Made by a program: the position numbers and the translations under genes
Part shown: in pieces, positions 9,715-18,944 of the stretch
How positions within the stretch are numbered: position 1 is the first letter of the stretch
Layout: each line of letters starts with the position of its first letter
The notes under the pieces: model-generated
What the model saw: the letters and a program-made list of their open reading frames with translations, nothing else
What the model was told of the DNA's origin: nothing
The model's database searches: none
NCBI GenBank assembly: GCA_045644125.1
Contig: JAZRGJ010000185.1
Coordinates: 1-47,448 of the forward strand
DNA length: 47,448 bases
Source of the DNA: Eubacteriales bacterium
GTDB taxonomy: Bacteria; Bacillota; Clostridia; Oscillospirales; CAG-272
Direction: 5' to 3'

Positions 9715-11199
9715 ATGAAACTCAATTACAAACGCACAACGCTCGTTGGATTTGCATTCTTTCTGATCCTGGCCTTCTGGGGCGCTTACGATGCAATTGT
9801 CCCCCTTGCTCTTACTAACCATTTTGGACTTCCTCAGGGTTTGTCCGGCGCCATTATGTCGCTGGATAACGTTCTTGCGGTATTTATGCTTCCTATTTTC
9901 GGAGCGATTTCCGATAAAATCAATTCAAGATACGGAAAGAGAACGCCGTTTGTTTTTATAGGAACGATAATTGCCGTAATTGCTTTTATATGCCTTACGT
10001 TTGTTGACAACGCGCAACTTGCCAACGTTTTCGAATCGGGCGAAAATATTCCCTTGCTTCGAAGCGAAGCGCAAGCGGCCCTTGAAAACGTTCACGAACT
10101 TTATAAAAACGGTGAAATCGATCAGGCAACTCACGAAGCTATGCGTGAAACTGCGGAGTTGCGCCTTAGCGAAATCGACTCTCTTACTTATGAAATAACG
10201 AAGGCTAACATCGCTCCTTTGATCGGTTTTATTGCGATTCTTCTCGTGGCTCTTATAGCCATGGCAACGTTCCGCTCGCCCGCCGTTGCTCTTATGCCCG
10301 ACGTAACGGTAAAACCTCTTCGTTCTAAGGGTAATGCGATTGTCAATCTTATGGGAACCGCCGGCGGAATTATCATTCTCGTCTTCGGTATGATTTTCGG
10401 TACTTCGAAAAATCTTTATATGGAATACACCGGGTACGTTATTGCTGTTTGCGCCGTAATGATTGTGGCTCTCGTGATATTTATGCTCTTCGTTAAGGAA
10501 AAACTGTGGGCAAAAGAAATGCAGGAAGAAACCGCAAGGCTCGGTATTGAAGAAAGCGCGGAAGAAGAAAGCTCAGAAAAAAGAAAGCTTTCCAAATCGG
10601 AATTTACGTCTTTGATTCTCCTTCTCGCTTCTGTTGCTCTCTGGTATACGGGATACAATGCGATAACGAGTAAATACAGTGTTTACGCTACTAATATTCT
10701 CGGTTTCGACTACAACCTCACTTTGATTGTAGCTCAGGCGGCGGCTGTTGTTTCCTATATTCCCGTCGGTATGATCGCTTCCAAAATAGGAAGAAGAAGG
10801 AGCATACTTATAGGCGTTGCGATTCTTATGATTTCGTTCTTCGCTGCATCGTTTATAAACTCTGCTTCAAGTCCCGTTCTTATGTATATTCTTTTTGCAA
10901 CCGCAGGCATCGGTTGGGCAACTATCAACGTAAACTCGTTCCCGATGGTTGTTGAATTGGCAAGGGGCGGCGACGTAGGAAAATATACCGGTTATTATTA
11001 CACGGCTTCCATGGCGGCTCAGATTGTAACGCCTATTTTATCCGGATTTTTGGTTGAGCAGGTCGGCTGGTCGATATTCTTCCCCTATGCGGCGCTGTTC
11101 GTAGCGCTTTCATTCGTAACGATGTACTTCGTTAAACACGGCGATTCAAAAGCCGAAAAAGTCAGCGCGCTTGAAGCTCTTGGCGGCGCAGACGACTAA
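9715..11199 (+). CDS. MFS transporter (GPH / SLC45 sugar-cation symporter-like)
   Basis: About 12 hydrophobic helices; motif-A-like GAISDKINSRYGKRTPF; RSPAVALMPD; GGAGG RBS. Confidence 0.88.
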   Translation: MKLNYKRTTLVGFAFFLILAFWGAYDAIVPLALTNHFGLPQGLSGAIMSLDNVLAVFMLPIFGAISDKINSRYGKRTPFVFIGTIIAVIAFICLTFVDNAQLANVFESGENIPLLRSEAQAALENVHELYKNGEIDQATHEAMRETAELRLSEIDSLTYEITKANIAPLIGFIAILLVALIAMATFRSPAVALMPDVTVKPLRSKGNAIVNLMGTAGGIIILVFGMIFGTSKNLYMEYTGYVIAVCAVMIVALVIFMLFVKEKLWAKEMQEETARLGIEESAEEESSEKRKLSKSEFTSLILLLASVALWYTGYNAITSKYSVYATNILGFDYNLTLIVAQAAAVVSYIPVGMIASKIGRRRSILIGVAILMISFFAASFINSASSPVLMYILFATAGIGWATINVNSFPMVVELARGGDVGKYTGYYYTASMAAQIVTPILSGFLVEQVGWSIFFPYAALFVALSFVTMYFVKHGDSKAEKVSALEALGGADD

Positions 11200-11207
11200 T
11201 AAAACGA

Positions 11208-11232
11208 AAAGGACCGAATTTTTCGGTCCTTT
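11208..11232 (+). terminator. Hairpin after the MFS gene, probable terminator
   Basis: AAAGGACCGAA-TTT-TTCGGTCCTTT inverted repeat. Confidence 0.65.
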
Positions 11233-11258
11233 ATCTTGAAAATATGTGAGGTTTGTTT

Positions 11259-12122
11259 ATGAAACCATGGCAAATTATACTCATTTCGGCAATCGCAGCA
11301 GTCTTGCTTTTGTCATACTTGGTTTTTAGAATTCTTATTAAGCCGAATAAATACCGCTCGGAAATGGGAAGCTTTAAAAACGTTCGTTATGCGCACCGTG
11401 GCTTGCATAACTCCTCTGTGCCCGAAAATTCAATCGAAGCTTTTTCGCTTGCCGTTGAATCCGGCTTCGGAATAGAGCTTGACGTAAGGCTTTCATCTGA
11501 CGGCGAGCTTATGGTTTTTCATGACGAAACTCTCGACAGAATGACAGACGTCAGCGGAAAGTTTGACGAATTTGGGGCTGATGCGCTCGGAAAAATAAAG
11601 CTTCTCGGAACGGAAAACACGATACCGACGTTTCGTGAGGTGCTTGAGCTCGTTGACGGAAAAGTTCCGCTTCTCGTTGAGATAAAAGAGTTTAACGGCT
11701 CGTTTGCCGTCACCGAAAAAACGGTCGATATGCTTCGTGAGTACAAAGGACCGTTTATCGTTGAATCGTTCAACCCGCTCGTTATCGGCAAAATAAAGAA
11801 ACTTGCGCCGGAGTTTATGCGCGGATTTCTTTCGCAGGATTTTTTAATCGAAAAAGGATACAAAACGGCGAAATATTTCCTTTTGAAAAATATGCTCTTT
11901 AATTTCATAGCTCGCCCCGACTTCATAGCTTACCGTCATAGCGATTATGACGTTTGGGCTTTGAAATTTATTAAAAAGCATTATAAAAAAACGCCCCTTA
12001 TAGCGTGGACCGTCGAGAGCGCCGAGGACGATGCTGCGGCGGTGAAAAACGGTTTTTCGGGCGTTATATTCCAGTATTACAACCCGGAAACTAAGGTTTC
12101 CTTGGGGGATGAGGTAGTTTAA
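11259..12122 (+). CDS. Glycerophosphodiester phosphodiesterase family protein with N-terminal membrane anchor
   Basis: YAHRGLH, PENS, IELDV, VFHD, LVEIK, ESFNP, AWTV; ATG at 11259 after GAGG. Confidence 0.9.
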   Translation: MKPWQIILISAIAAVLLLSYLVFRILIKPNKYRSEMGSFKNVRYAHRGLHNSSVPENSIEAFSLAVESGFGIELDVRLSSDGELMVFHDETLDRMTDVSGKFDEFGADALGKIKLLGTENTIPTFREVLELVDGKVPLLVEIKEFNGSFAVTEKTVDMLREYKGPFIVESFNPLVIGKIKKLAPEFMRGFLSQDFLIEKGYKTAKYFLLKNMLFNFIARPDFIAYRHSDYDVWALKFIKKHYKKTPLIAWTVESAEDDAAAVKNGFSGVIFQYYNPETKVSLGDEVV

Positions 12123-13237
12123 TGAAATTTCCTTTGGTCGCAACCTGTCTTTTTGGGCTTGAGCATCTTCTCGGTGAAGAGATAGATGCGCTCGGCTACG
12201 ACAGAATAAATACAATTGACGGCAGAGTGACGTTTATGGGTGACGAAGAGGCTGTTACTCTTTCAAACGTTTTCTTGCGCTTTGCCGAGAGAGTTTATAT
12301 AAAGGTCGGCTCTTTTAAAGCCGAAAGCTTTGAAGAGCTTTTTGAGGGAACGAAGGCGCTTCCTTGGTCGGATTTTATAGGCAAAAACGACGCTTTCCCC
12401 GTAAAAGGTCATTCAATTAAGTCGAAGCTTTTTTCTATCCCCGACTGTCAGGCGATAATTAAAAAAGCCGTTGTAAAATCGCTCTCAGAGCCTTACGGAA
12501 TATCTATATTCCCCGAGGACGGAGTGAAATATCAGATAGAGTTTTTCATCCTGCGTGACGAGGTGACTTTGATGATAGACACCTCGGGTATTCCGCTTCA
12601 TAAGAGAGGCTACCGTAAGGAATCGAATTCTGCGCCGATAAGAGAAACGCTTGCGGCGGCTATTGCCGCAACCTCCCGTCCGAGAGAAGAGGTTCTTTTC
12701 TGGGATCCGATGTGCGGAAGCGGAACTATAGCGATTGAAGCGGCAATGCTTATGAGAAACATTGCGCCCGGCGCAAACCGTTCTTTTGCCGCAGAGGAGT
12801 TTCCTTTTATAACTAAACAGCTCTGGCGGGACGCTCGTGAAATGGCGAAGGACGGAGAGATTAAATCGGATTTCGAGGTTTTTGCAAGCGACATTGATAA
12901 AAACGCCGTAGCTCTTACGGAGAAAAATGCCAAAAACGCAGGCGTTTCCGACAGTATCCGCTCTTTTATCATGGATGCGAGAAAAATATCAAACCCCGGC
13001 AGACGTGGCACGATAGTCACTAATCCTCCGTACGGAGAGCGCCTTGGCTCAAGACGTGAGGCGGAGGAGCTTTACCGTGATATAGGAAAGCATTTTCGCT
13101 CGCTGTCGCCGTGGCAGGTTTACGTTATTACGTCGCACGAGGGCTTTGAAAGGCTTTACGGAAAACGGGCGGATAAGGTGCGAAAACTTTACAACGGCAT
13201 GATCCCCGCATACCTTTATCAGTACTTTAAGAAGTAA
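12122..13237 (+). CDS. THUMP-domain 23S rRNA methyltransferase (RlmL/YpsC-like)
   Basis: LHKRGYR, APIRETLAAA, DPMCGSGTIAIEAA, TNPPYGER, KLYNG; TAATG overlap with the upstream gene. Confidence 0.92.
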   Translation: MKFPLVATCLFGLEHLLGEEIDALGYDRINTIDGRVTFMGDEEAVTLSNVFLRFAERVYIKVGSFKAESFEELFEGTKALPWSDFIGKNDAFPVKGHSIKSKLFSIPDCQAIIKKAVVKSLSEPYGISIFPEDGVKYQIEFFILRDEVTLMIDTSGIPLHKRGYRKESNSAPIRETLAAAIAATSRPREEVLFWDPMCGSGTIAIEAAMLMRNIAPGANRSFAAEEFPFITKQLWRDAREMAKDGEIKSDFEVFASDIDKNAVALTEKNAKNAGVSDSIRSFIMDARKISNPGRRGTIVTNPPYGERLGSRREAEELYRDIGKHFRSLSPWQVYVITSHEGFERLYGKRADKVRKLYNGMIPAYLYQYFKK

Positions 13238-13333
13238 AATTCTAAATTAGTACTTTATTTCTTAACATACATTTAATAAAATAGATGTAAAATAAATGTA
13301 AGATTTATAATACTGAAAGGTTTTATTTCCTTT

Positions 13334-14566
13334 ATGACGAGAAAAATTAGCGCGCTTTTGCTTTTTGCTGTTATGATATTTTCCGTTTTCTCCCTTTCGT
13401 CCTGTTATCTTTTTGATTCGGGCGTTGTCGGCGGATTGGTTTCCGGAACTGACGGAGATACGAATATTACGGTAGAAGGCGGAGATACGAACAATATAAC
13501 GATACAAGGCGCGGAAACGGGCGAGGTGATTGCCGCAAGCAAGGCTCTCCTCTCTTCCGTGAGCATTATATGCGAGTTCCGCGGAAAGCTTATACAGGGA
13601 GTGGAATCCGAGTCTTACTACACTTCCGGCTCAGGCGTCATTTATAAGCTTGACAAAATGAACGGAACTGCGTATATTATCACGAATTATCACGTCGTTC
13701 ATAATGACCGCTCCAACGCCCCGAACAAAATAAGCACGAATATAATGGTTATGCTTTACGGCCAGGAATACGAAGATTATATGATGAATGCAATCTACGT
13801 TGGCGGCTCGGAGCAATACGATATTGCGGTTCTTAAGATAGTTGGCAACGCTCATCTTATTTCAAGCTCCGCCACGGAAGCGCAGTTTGACGATTCGAAC
13901 GCCATATCCGTGCTTGAAAAGGTTATTGCGATAGGAAATCCCGGTGGAAACGGTATTTCCGCAACCGTCGGATACGTAAACGTGGATAGCGAGGAAATCG
14001 ATCTTGACGGAGATAAGCAAAAGGATTTCCGTGTTATAAGAACGGATGCTGCCGTAAACAGCGGTAACTCCGGAGGCGGTCTTTTCAATCTTGAAGGTAA
14101 CGTGATAGGTATAGTCAATGCGAAAATGGCTAACGAATCCGTGGACAATATAGGTTATGCAATCCCCTCCAACATTGCAAAGGCAATCGCCGATAATATC
14201 GTTTTTTATTGCGACGGAACGATGGATGAATCGCCGAAGCGAATCCTTATGGGAATAACCGTAACGCATAAAGATCTTAAAACGAAATACGACGAGAATA
14301 CCGGCGCTGTGATTCGTTATGAAACCGTAGTTATTGAAAACGTTAACGACGGCGCTCCCGTTGAGGGCTTGCTTTTCAAGGGCGACGTTATAAATTCTAT
14401 AACCATAGACGGAAAAACCTACGAGGTGAGCAGAATATTCCACGTCGTAGACAGCATGCTTAACGCAAGGCTTGAAAGCGCCGTTGTTATAAACATTACA
14501 CGCAACGGTCAGACGATGAACGTTGAAATTCCAATCAACGAACAAATGCTTACCGAAATTGATTAA
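13334..14566 (+). CDS. HtrA/S1C serine protease with C-terminal PDZ-like domain, predicted lipoprotein
   Basis: Lipobox LSSC; GSGVIY, TNYHVV (His), YDIAVL (Asp), DAAVNSGNSGGGL (Ser). Confidence 0.9.
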   Translation: MTRKISALLLFAVMIFSVFSLSSCYLFDSGVVGGLVSGTDGDTNITVEGGDTNNITIQGAETGEVIAASKALLSSVSIICEFRGKLIQGVESESYYTSGSGVIYKLDKMNGTAYIITNYHVVHNDRSNAPNKISTNIMVMLYGQEYEDYMMNAIYVGGSEQYDIAVLKIVGNAHLISSSATEAQFDDSNAISVLEKVIAIGNPGGNGISATVGYVNVDSEEIDLDGDKQKDFRVIRTDAAVNSGNSGGGLFNLEGNVIGIVNAKMANESVDNIGYAIPSNIAKAIADNIVFYCDGTMDESPKRILMGITVTHKDLKTKYDENTGAVIRYETVVIENVNDGAPVEGLLFKGDVINSITIDGKTYEVSRIFHVVDSMLNARLESAVVINITRNGQTMNVEIPINEQMLTEID

Positions 14567-14574
14567 ATAAAGAA

Positions 14575-14611
14575 AAAACAAAGCCTCGCCGAAATGGCGA
14601 GGCTTTGTTTT
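14575..14611. terminator. Bidirectional terminator between the htrA-like gene and the small ORF
   Basis: AAAACAAAGCCTCGCC-GAAAT-GGCGAGGCTTTGTTTT inverted repeat. Confidence 0.88.
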
Positions 14612-14625
14612 ATGTAATACCCAAA

Positions 14626-14775
14626 TTAGTCGTCAAGAAGTCCAAGGTCTCTCAAAGGATTGGACGTGGAGCCGTACGTTATGAAAGGTGAATCAGCATC
14701 TGCGCCGAAAGAAGCAAGCACAACGTCTGCGCTAACGGATATTATTTCAAGTTCAAGAGATTCGTACTTTTTCAC
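14626..14775 (-). CDS. 49-aa small peptide with a leader-peptide-like N-terminus (MKKYESLELEIISVSADVVLAS-FGADADSPFITYGSTSNPLRDLGLLDD)
   Basis: GTG at 14775 preceded by GGAGGG RBS; own consensus promoter and terminator. Confidence 0.75.
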   Translation of the reverse strand: MKKYESLELEIISVSADVVLASFGADADSPFITYGSTSNPLRDLGLLDD

Positions 14776-14838
14776 AGTTAACCCTCCAAAAAATTGAAAT
14801 ACGCATAAAGACACGTATAATCATAATTCTGTACTGTT

Positions 14839-14867
14839 ATTATACTACCTGAATATTTGATTGTCAA
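14839..14867 (-). promoter_or_regulatory. Sigma-A promoter of the small peptide
   Basis: Minus strand perfect TTGACA-17 nt-TATAAT. Confidence 0.85.
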
Positions 14868-14963
14868 GTACATTTCTAAAAAAATATTTTTAATATGGGT
14901 ATTTTGTTATAAATAACAGACTGAATTGTTAAAAATGCATAAAAACGACTGTGCTCTTAAATA

Positions 14964-14992
14964 TTGACTTGATGGGGCGTTTGTAGTAAAAT
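14964..14992 (+). promoter_or_regulatory. Sigma-A promoter of the hydrolase-M16 operon
   Basis: TTGACT-17 nt-TAAAAT. Confidence 0.7.
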
Positions 14993-15037
14993 ATTGTTAG
15001 ATAGATTGCGATAAAAATCAATAAGAGAGGATTTAAA

Positions 15038-16006
15038 ATGAAAGAGTGGTTAGTGGCTTTGATTGTACTTTCGTCCGTTGCGGCTGCAGCGCTTCTTGTT
15101 TTGTTGATTGCTTATCTCACGTATCGGATAGCGTTTTTTTCCGACAGAAGAAAAGGAAATGACGCGTATATTAAAAAGATCATGGAGCGCCACTCCGAAT
15201 ATAAGGACGTTTTTGAAGCGCTTCTTAAAAACCTATACGACAGCGAATGTGAGCGAGTTTATATAAAATCCAAAGACGGACTTCGTCTTTCGGCAAGATA
15301 TTATCATAAAAAAGACGGCGCGCCATTGCATATACTGTTTCACGGCTACAGAAGCCGCGCCGAATTTGATATGTCGGGCGGAAGCTACGAGTGCATGTCG
15401 CTGTCGCACAATGTGCTTCTCGTTGACCAAAGAGCGCACGGCGAGAGTGAGGGAAAAAGCATAAGCTTCGGTATAAACGAGAGATACGATCTTCTTTTTT
15501 GGTGCAATTACGCAAAAGAGCGCTTCGGAGACGACGTGAAAATCTTCATATGGGGCATATCGATGGGAGCGGCAACGGTTTTGATGTCGCTTGACTTGCC
15601 GCTGCCGAAAAACGTTATAGGAGCGGTTGCCGACTGTCCCTATTCTTCGCCGGAGGATATAATAAAGCGTGTTGGAAAAAGTATAAAAGCGCCGATTTTT
15701 CTTCTCTTCCCGTTTTTGAGGCTTGGCGCTAAGATTTTCGGAGGATTCCGACTGGGCGAATCTTCTGCGGAAAAATCAGTTGCGGAATCGAAAATTCCCG
15801 TTTTGCTAATACACGGCGAAGCCGACGGTTTCGTGTCCTGTGAAATGAGCGAAAAAATTGCAAAAGCGGCTGAGAATTCCGGTGTTGATTTAAGATTTTT
15901 TAAATTTGAAAACGCCACTCACGCAATGAGCTATCTTCAGGACGCTGAAAAATACAGAAGCGTAGCGTTTGATTTTGTTAATGAAATTCTCGAAAGGAAC
16001 AAATGA
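15038..16006 (+). CDS. Alpha/beta hydrolase with N-terminal membrane anchor
   Basis: FHGY oxyanion motif, DQRAHGES, nucleophile WGISMG, LLIHGEAD, C-terminal His (ATHA). Confidence 0.9.
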   Translation: MKEWLVALIVLSSVAAAALLVLLIAYLTYRIAFFSDRRKGNDAYIKKIMERHSEYKDVFEALLKNLYDSECERVYIKSKDGLRLSARYYHKKDGAPLHILFHGYRSRAEFDMSGGSYECMSLSHNVLLVDQRAHGESEGKSISFGINERYDLLFWCNYAKERFGDDVKIFIWGISMGAATVLMSLDLPLPKNVIGAVADCPYSSPEDIIKRVGKSIKAPIFLLFPFLRLGAKIFGGFRLGESSAEKSVAESKIPVLLIHGEADGFVSCEMSEKIAKAAENSGVDLRFFKFENATHAMSYLQDAEKYRSVAFDFVNEILERNK

Positions 16007-16007
16007 A

Positions 16008-18881
16008 ATGTACGAGATGAAAATTGGCGATAAGCTTTTCGGATTTCTTGTAAAAAGAAAAAAGGAAATCAAAGATATTGATGCGGTTATGTACGAAATG
16101 GAGCATGAAAAGTGCGGCGCAAAGCTGATTTTTCTCGACCGCGAGGATGAAAATAAAACCTTTTCCGTCGGATTTAAAACCATACCCGAAAACTCCACCG
16201 GAGTTTTCCACATTATCGAACATTCCGTTCTTTGCGGCTCGAAAAAATTCCCGGTAAAAGAGCCTTTCGTTGAGCTTCTTAAAAGCTCGCTTCAAACGTT
16301 CCTCAATGCTATGACGTTTCCCGATAAGACGCTTTATCCCATCTCTTCGAGGAATGATAAGGATTTTATAAATCTTTCCGACGTCTATCTTGACGCGGTA
16401 TTTAATCCGTCGATGCTTACGAATAAGTCCGTCTTTTTGCAAGAGGGCTGGCGGCGTGAATTCGATGCGGAAGGAAAGCTTTCTTATAACGGCGTAGTAT
16501 TCAATGAAATGAAAGGGGCGTATTCCTCGCCCGAAGAGCTCGGCGAAACCTTAATCACGGAAAAACTTTACAAAAACTCGTGCTACGGCTATGACTCCGG
16601 CGGTTGCCCCGAGGCAATCGTTGACTTGACTTACGAGGATTTCGTTGCCGCTCATAAAAAATTCTATCATCCGTCCAATGCGTATTTCTTCCTCGACGGA
16701 AGCTTGAAGCTTGAAGAAATTCTCGCTCTTATCGAAACGTATATAGGCGACTCTGAAAAAGCGGACGTTTCATTTGAAACGGGCGACGCTTGCCCCGAAG
16801 CTGCGTCGACGAGTGAGATTGAATATGAAATCTCATCCGAAGAAAGCGAGGAAAACAAATCCCGACTCATTCTCGGTTTTCTTGCGACACGCTTTGACGA
16901 ATGTACGGAAAAGCTTGCTTTGGAGGTTGTTTTTGACGCTGTTGCCGGCGGAAATGAGTCCCCCTTGCAGAAAGCGGTGCTCGACTCCGGCTTGTGCGAA
17001 AAAATGAACGTTTCAGTTAATTCTTCGAGATTCAGAAACGATATAACGGTTGAATTTTGCAACGTGCGAGACGGGTGCGAGGAGGAGCTTTTTTCGCTTT
17101 TCCGAAAAACGCTTGAGAATATCGTGAGCGTCGGAATAAACAGAGAGCATCTTGAAGCTTCGATGAATCGCTTTGAATTTAATCTCCGAGAGCGTGACCT
17201 AGGCGGGCTTCCTATCGGTGTTGCGTTTAATATCGCCGTTTTCGATACCTGGCTTTACGGAGGCGACCCCGCCGCATCGCTTGAATTCAGCGAAGACTTT
17301 GAAAAGATTCGCAAGCTTGTCTGCGAAGGCTATTTTGAAAGTCTTATTAAAAAATACGTTCTTGAAAATGAAAAATGCGCAAGGCTCATAATGCGAGCGT
17401 CGTCAAGCCTCGGAGAAAGGCGCGCGGCGGAGGAGCAGAAATCTTTGCTTGCGGAGCTTGAGAGGCTCGACGCACGGGAGATTGAAAAAATCAAAAGAGA
17501 GAGCGACGAGCTTTCGGCTTGGCAAAATGCGGCAGACGGCAAAGAAGCGATCGACTCGCTTCCAACGCTTGAAATTTCGGACATTCCCGAAAAAAATAAT
17601 CCCGCGCCGATTGAGGTTCTTGAGGGCGGCACTCTCATACGCCACGATATGAAGCTTAACGGAATAAGCTATACCGAGCTTTTCTTTGACGTTAGCGATA
17701 CCGACGAGGATGAGCTTTACTTATTGCCTCTTCTTGCGGCTATGCTTAAAAGCTCGGGGACGGAAGAAATGGACGCATTCTCTTTCCAGAATCTTATGAA
17801 GCGAGAGCTTGGCTCGGTAAGCTTAGCTCCGATTGCTATCAAGAATAACGGCGAATCGAGAGTTTACCTGAAGCTCGGGATAAGCCTCATGGATGCAAAG
17901 AAAAAATCGTATATAGACATACTTAAAAAGCTTCTTTACAAAACCGAATTTTCGGACAAAAACACGCTTTCAAATATAGTGCGCCAGGTGAAGATGATGC
18001 TCATGACGGGATTTTCTTCCTCGGGCAACGCTTATGGCGAAAAGCGAGCTCTTGCTTACCGTGATTCCGTTTACGCAATCCGTGAAAAGCTTTCGGGATA
18101 CGAGTTTTACGTGAAAATCAAGAATCTTGAAGCAAATCTTGATTCCGAAACAGACGCTCTTGCCGAGAAGCTCGACGGATTGAGAAATAAAATCATTTCA
18201 AGAGAGAGGCTCACTCTTTCGATTGCAGGAGAACGTGACGAGGCGTTTGAAAAAGAAATTTTCGAATCCTTGAAAAGCGACGGCCGCAGTCCTTCGCCCT
18301 CCCCCATTTTGCCTCTTGGCGAGAAAAACGAGGGAATTGCCATTCCCTCTCGCGTGGGATTCGGAGTTTCATGCGCAAAGCTTTCCGAGCTTGGAAAAAG
18401 CGTCACAGGCGCGATGTTGGTTGCGGATATGATACTGAATTTCGAGTATCTTTGGTGCGAGGTGCGAGTTAAGGGCGGCGCATACGGCGTTGCTCTTCGA
18501 GTGCCAAACGACGGCGCGGTTTCCTATTCTTCATTCCGTGATCCTTCACCTGAAATCTCGCTTGACGTGTTTAAAAACGCTCCTGCTTTTCTGCGTGAAT
18601 TCGTGAATACGGGCGTGGATTTGAAAAAATATATTATAGGCGCAATGGGAGAGTTTGAGCCCTATATTTCCGCTCCGCTTAAAGCGAGCGTTTCCACCTC
18701 TCATTACCTTGCGGGCTATACGGACGAAAAGCGCGCGAAGTTGCGCTGTGAGATTCTTGAAACCGATGAAAAGGCGCTTCTTGAAGCGGCAGACACGCTT
18801 GAGGCTCTTTCCGAAAGATTTTCCTCGATTTTGGTTGCCCCCAAAGAAAAAATAAGCGCAAAAACCGTGCTTTACGTATAA
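16008..18881 (+). CDS. M16C insulinase-family metallopeptidase (presequence protease-like)
   Basis: HxxEH motif HIIEHSVLCGS, FLNAMTFPDKT, VFNEMKG, EVRVKGGAYG, SFRDP; ATG at 16008 downstream of GAAAGGA. Confidence 0.93.
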   Translation: MYEMKIGDKLFGFLVKRKKEIKDIDAVMYEMEHEKCGAKLIFLDREDENKTFSVGFKTIPENSTGVFHIIEHSVLCGSKKFPVKEPFVELLKSSLQTFLNAMTFPDKTLYPISSRNDKDFINLSDVYLDAVFNPSMLTNKSVFLQEGWRREFDAEGKLSYNGVVFNEMKGAYSSPEELGETLITEKLYKNSCYGYDSGGCPEAIVDLTYEDFVAAHKKFYHPSNAYFFLDGSLKLEEILALIETYIGDSEKADVSFETGDACPEAASTSEIEYEISSEESEENKSRLILGFLATRFDECTEKLALEVVFDAVAGGNESPLQKAVLDSGLCEKMNVSVNSSRFRNDITVEFCNVRDGCEEELFSLFRKTLENIVSVGINREHLEASMNRFEFNLRERDLGGLPIGVAFNIAVFDTWLYGGDPAASLEFSEDFEKIRKLVCEGYFESLIKKYVLENEKCARLIMRASSSLGERRAAEEQKSLLAELERLDAREIEKIKRESDELSAWQNAADGKEAIDSLPTLEISDIPEKNNPAPIEVLEGGTLIRHDMKLNGISYTELFFDVSDTDEDELYLLPLLAAMLKSSGTEEMDAFSFQNLMKRELGSVSLAPIAIKNNGESRVYLKLGISLMDAKKKSYIDILKKLLYKTEFSDKNTLSNIVRQVKMMLMTGFSSSGNAYGEKRALAYRDSVYAIREKLSGYEFYVKIKNLEANLDSETDALAEKLDGLRNKIISRERLTLSIAGERDEAFEKEIFESLKSDGRSPSPSPILPLGEKNEGIAIPSRVGFGVSCAKLSELGKSVTGAMLVADMILNFEYLWCEVRVKGGAYGVALRVPNDGAVSYSSFRDPSPEISLDVFKNAPAFLREFVNTGVDLKKYIIGAMGEFEPYISAPLKASVSTSHYLAGYTDEKRAKLRCEILETDEKALLEAADTLEALSERFSSILVAPKEKISAKTVLYV

Positions 18882-18890
18882 TAAAACAAA

Positions 18891-18928
18891 AAAGGTTAGC
18901 GTTGCCGTTTGGCAAGCGCTAACCTTTT
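18891..18928. terminator. Bidirectional terminator between the M16 peptidase and the P-type ATPase
   Basis: AAAGGTTAGCGTTGCC...GGCAAGCGCTAACCTTT imperfect inverted repeat. Confidence 0.8.
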
Positions 18929-18944
18929 CCTTTTGAAAAAAATA

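Noticed and set aside
13862-14581. 239-aa antisense ORF over the htrA-like gene, and similar long antisense ORFs (22306-22935, 29508-30140, 34709-35347, 38180-39004, 39731-40426, 40849-41454)
   Set aside because: Shadow frames of well-supported genes, with no recognisable motifs or RBS; expected from codon bias.
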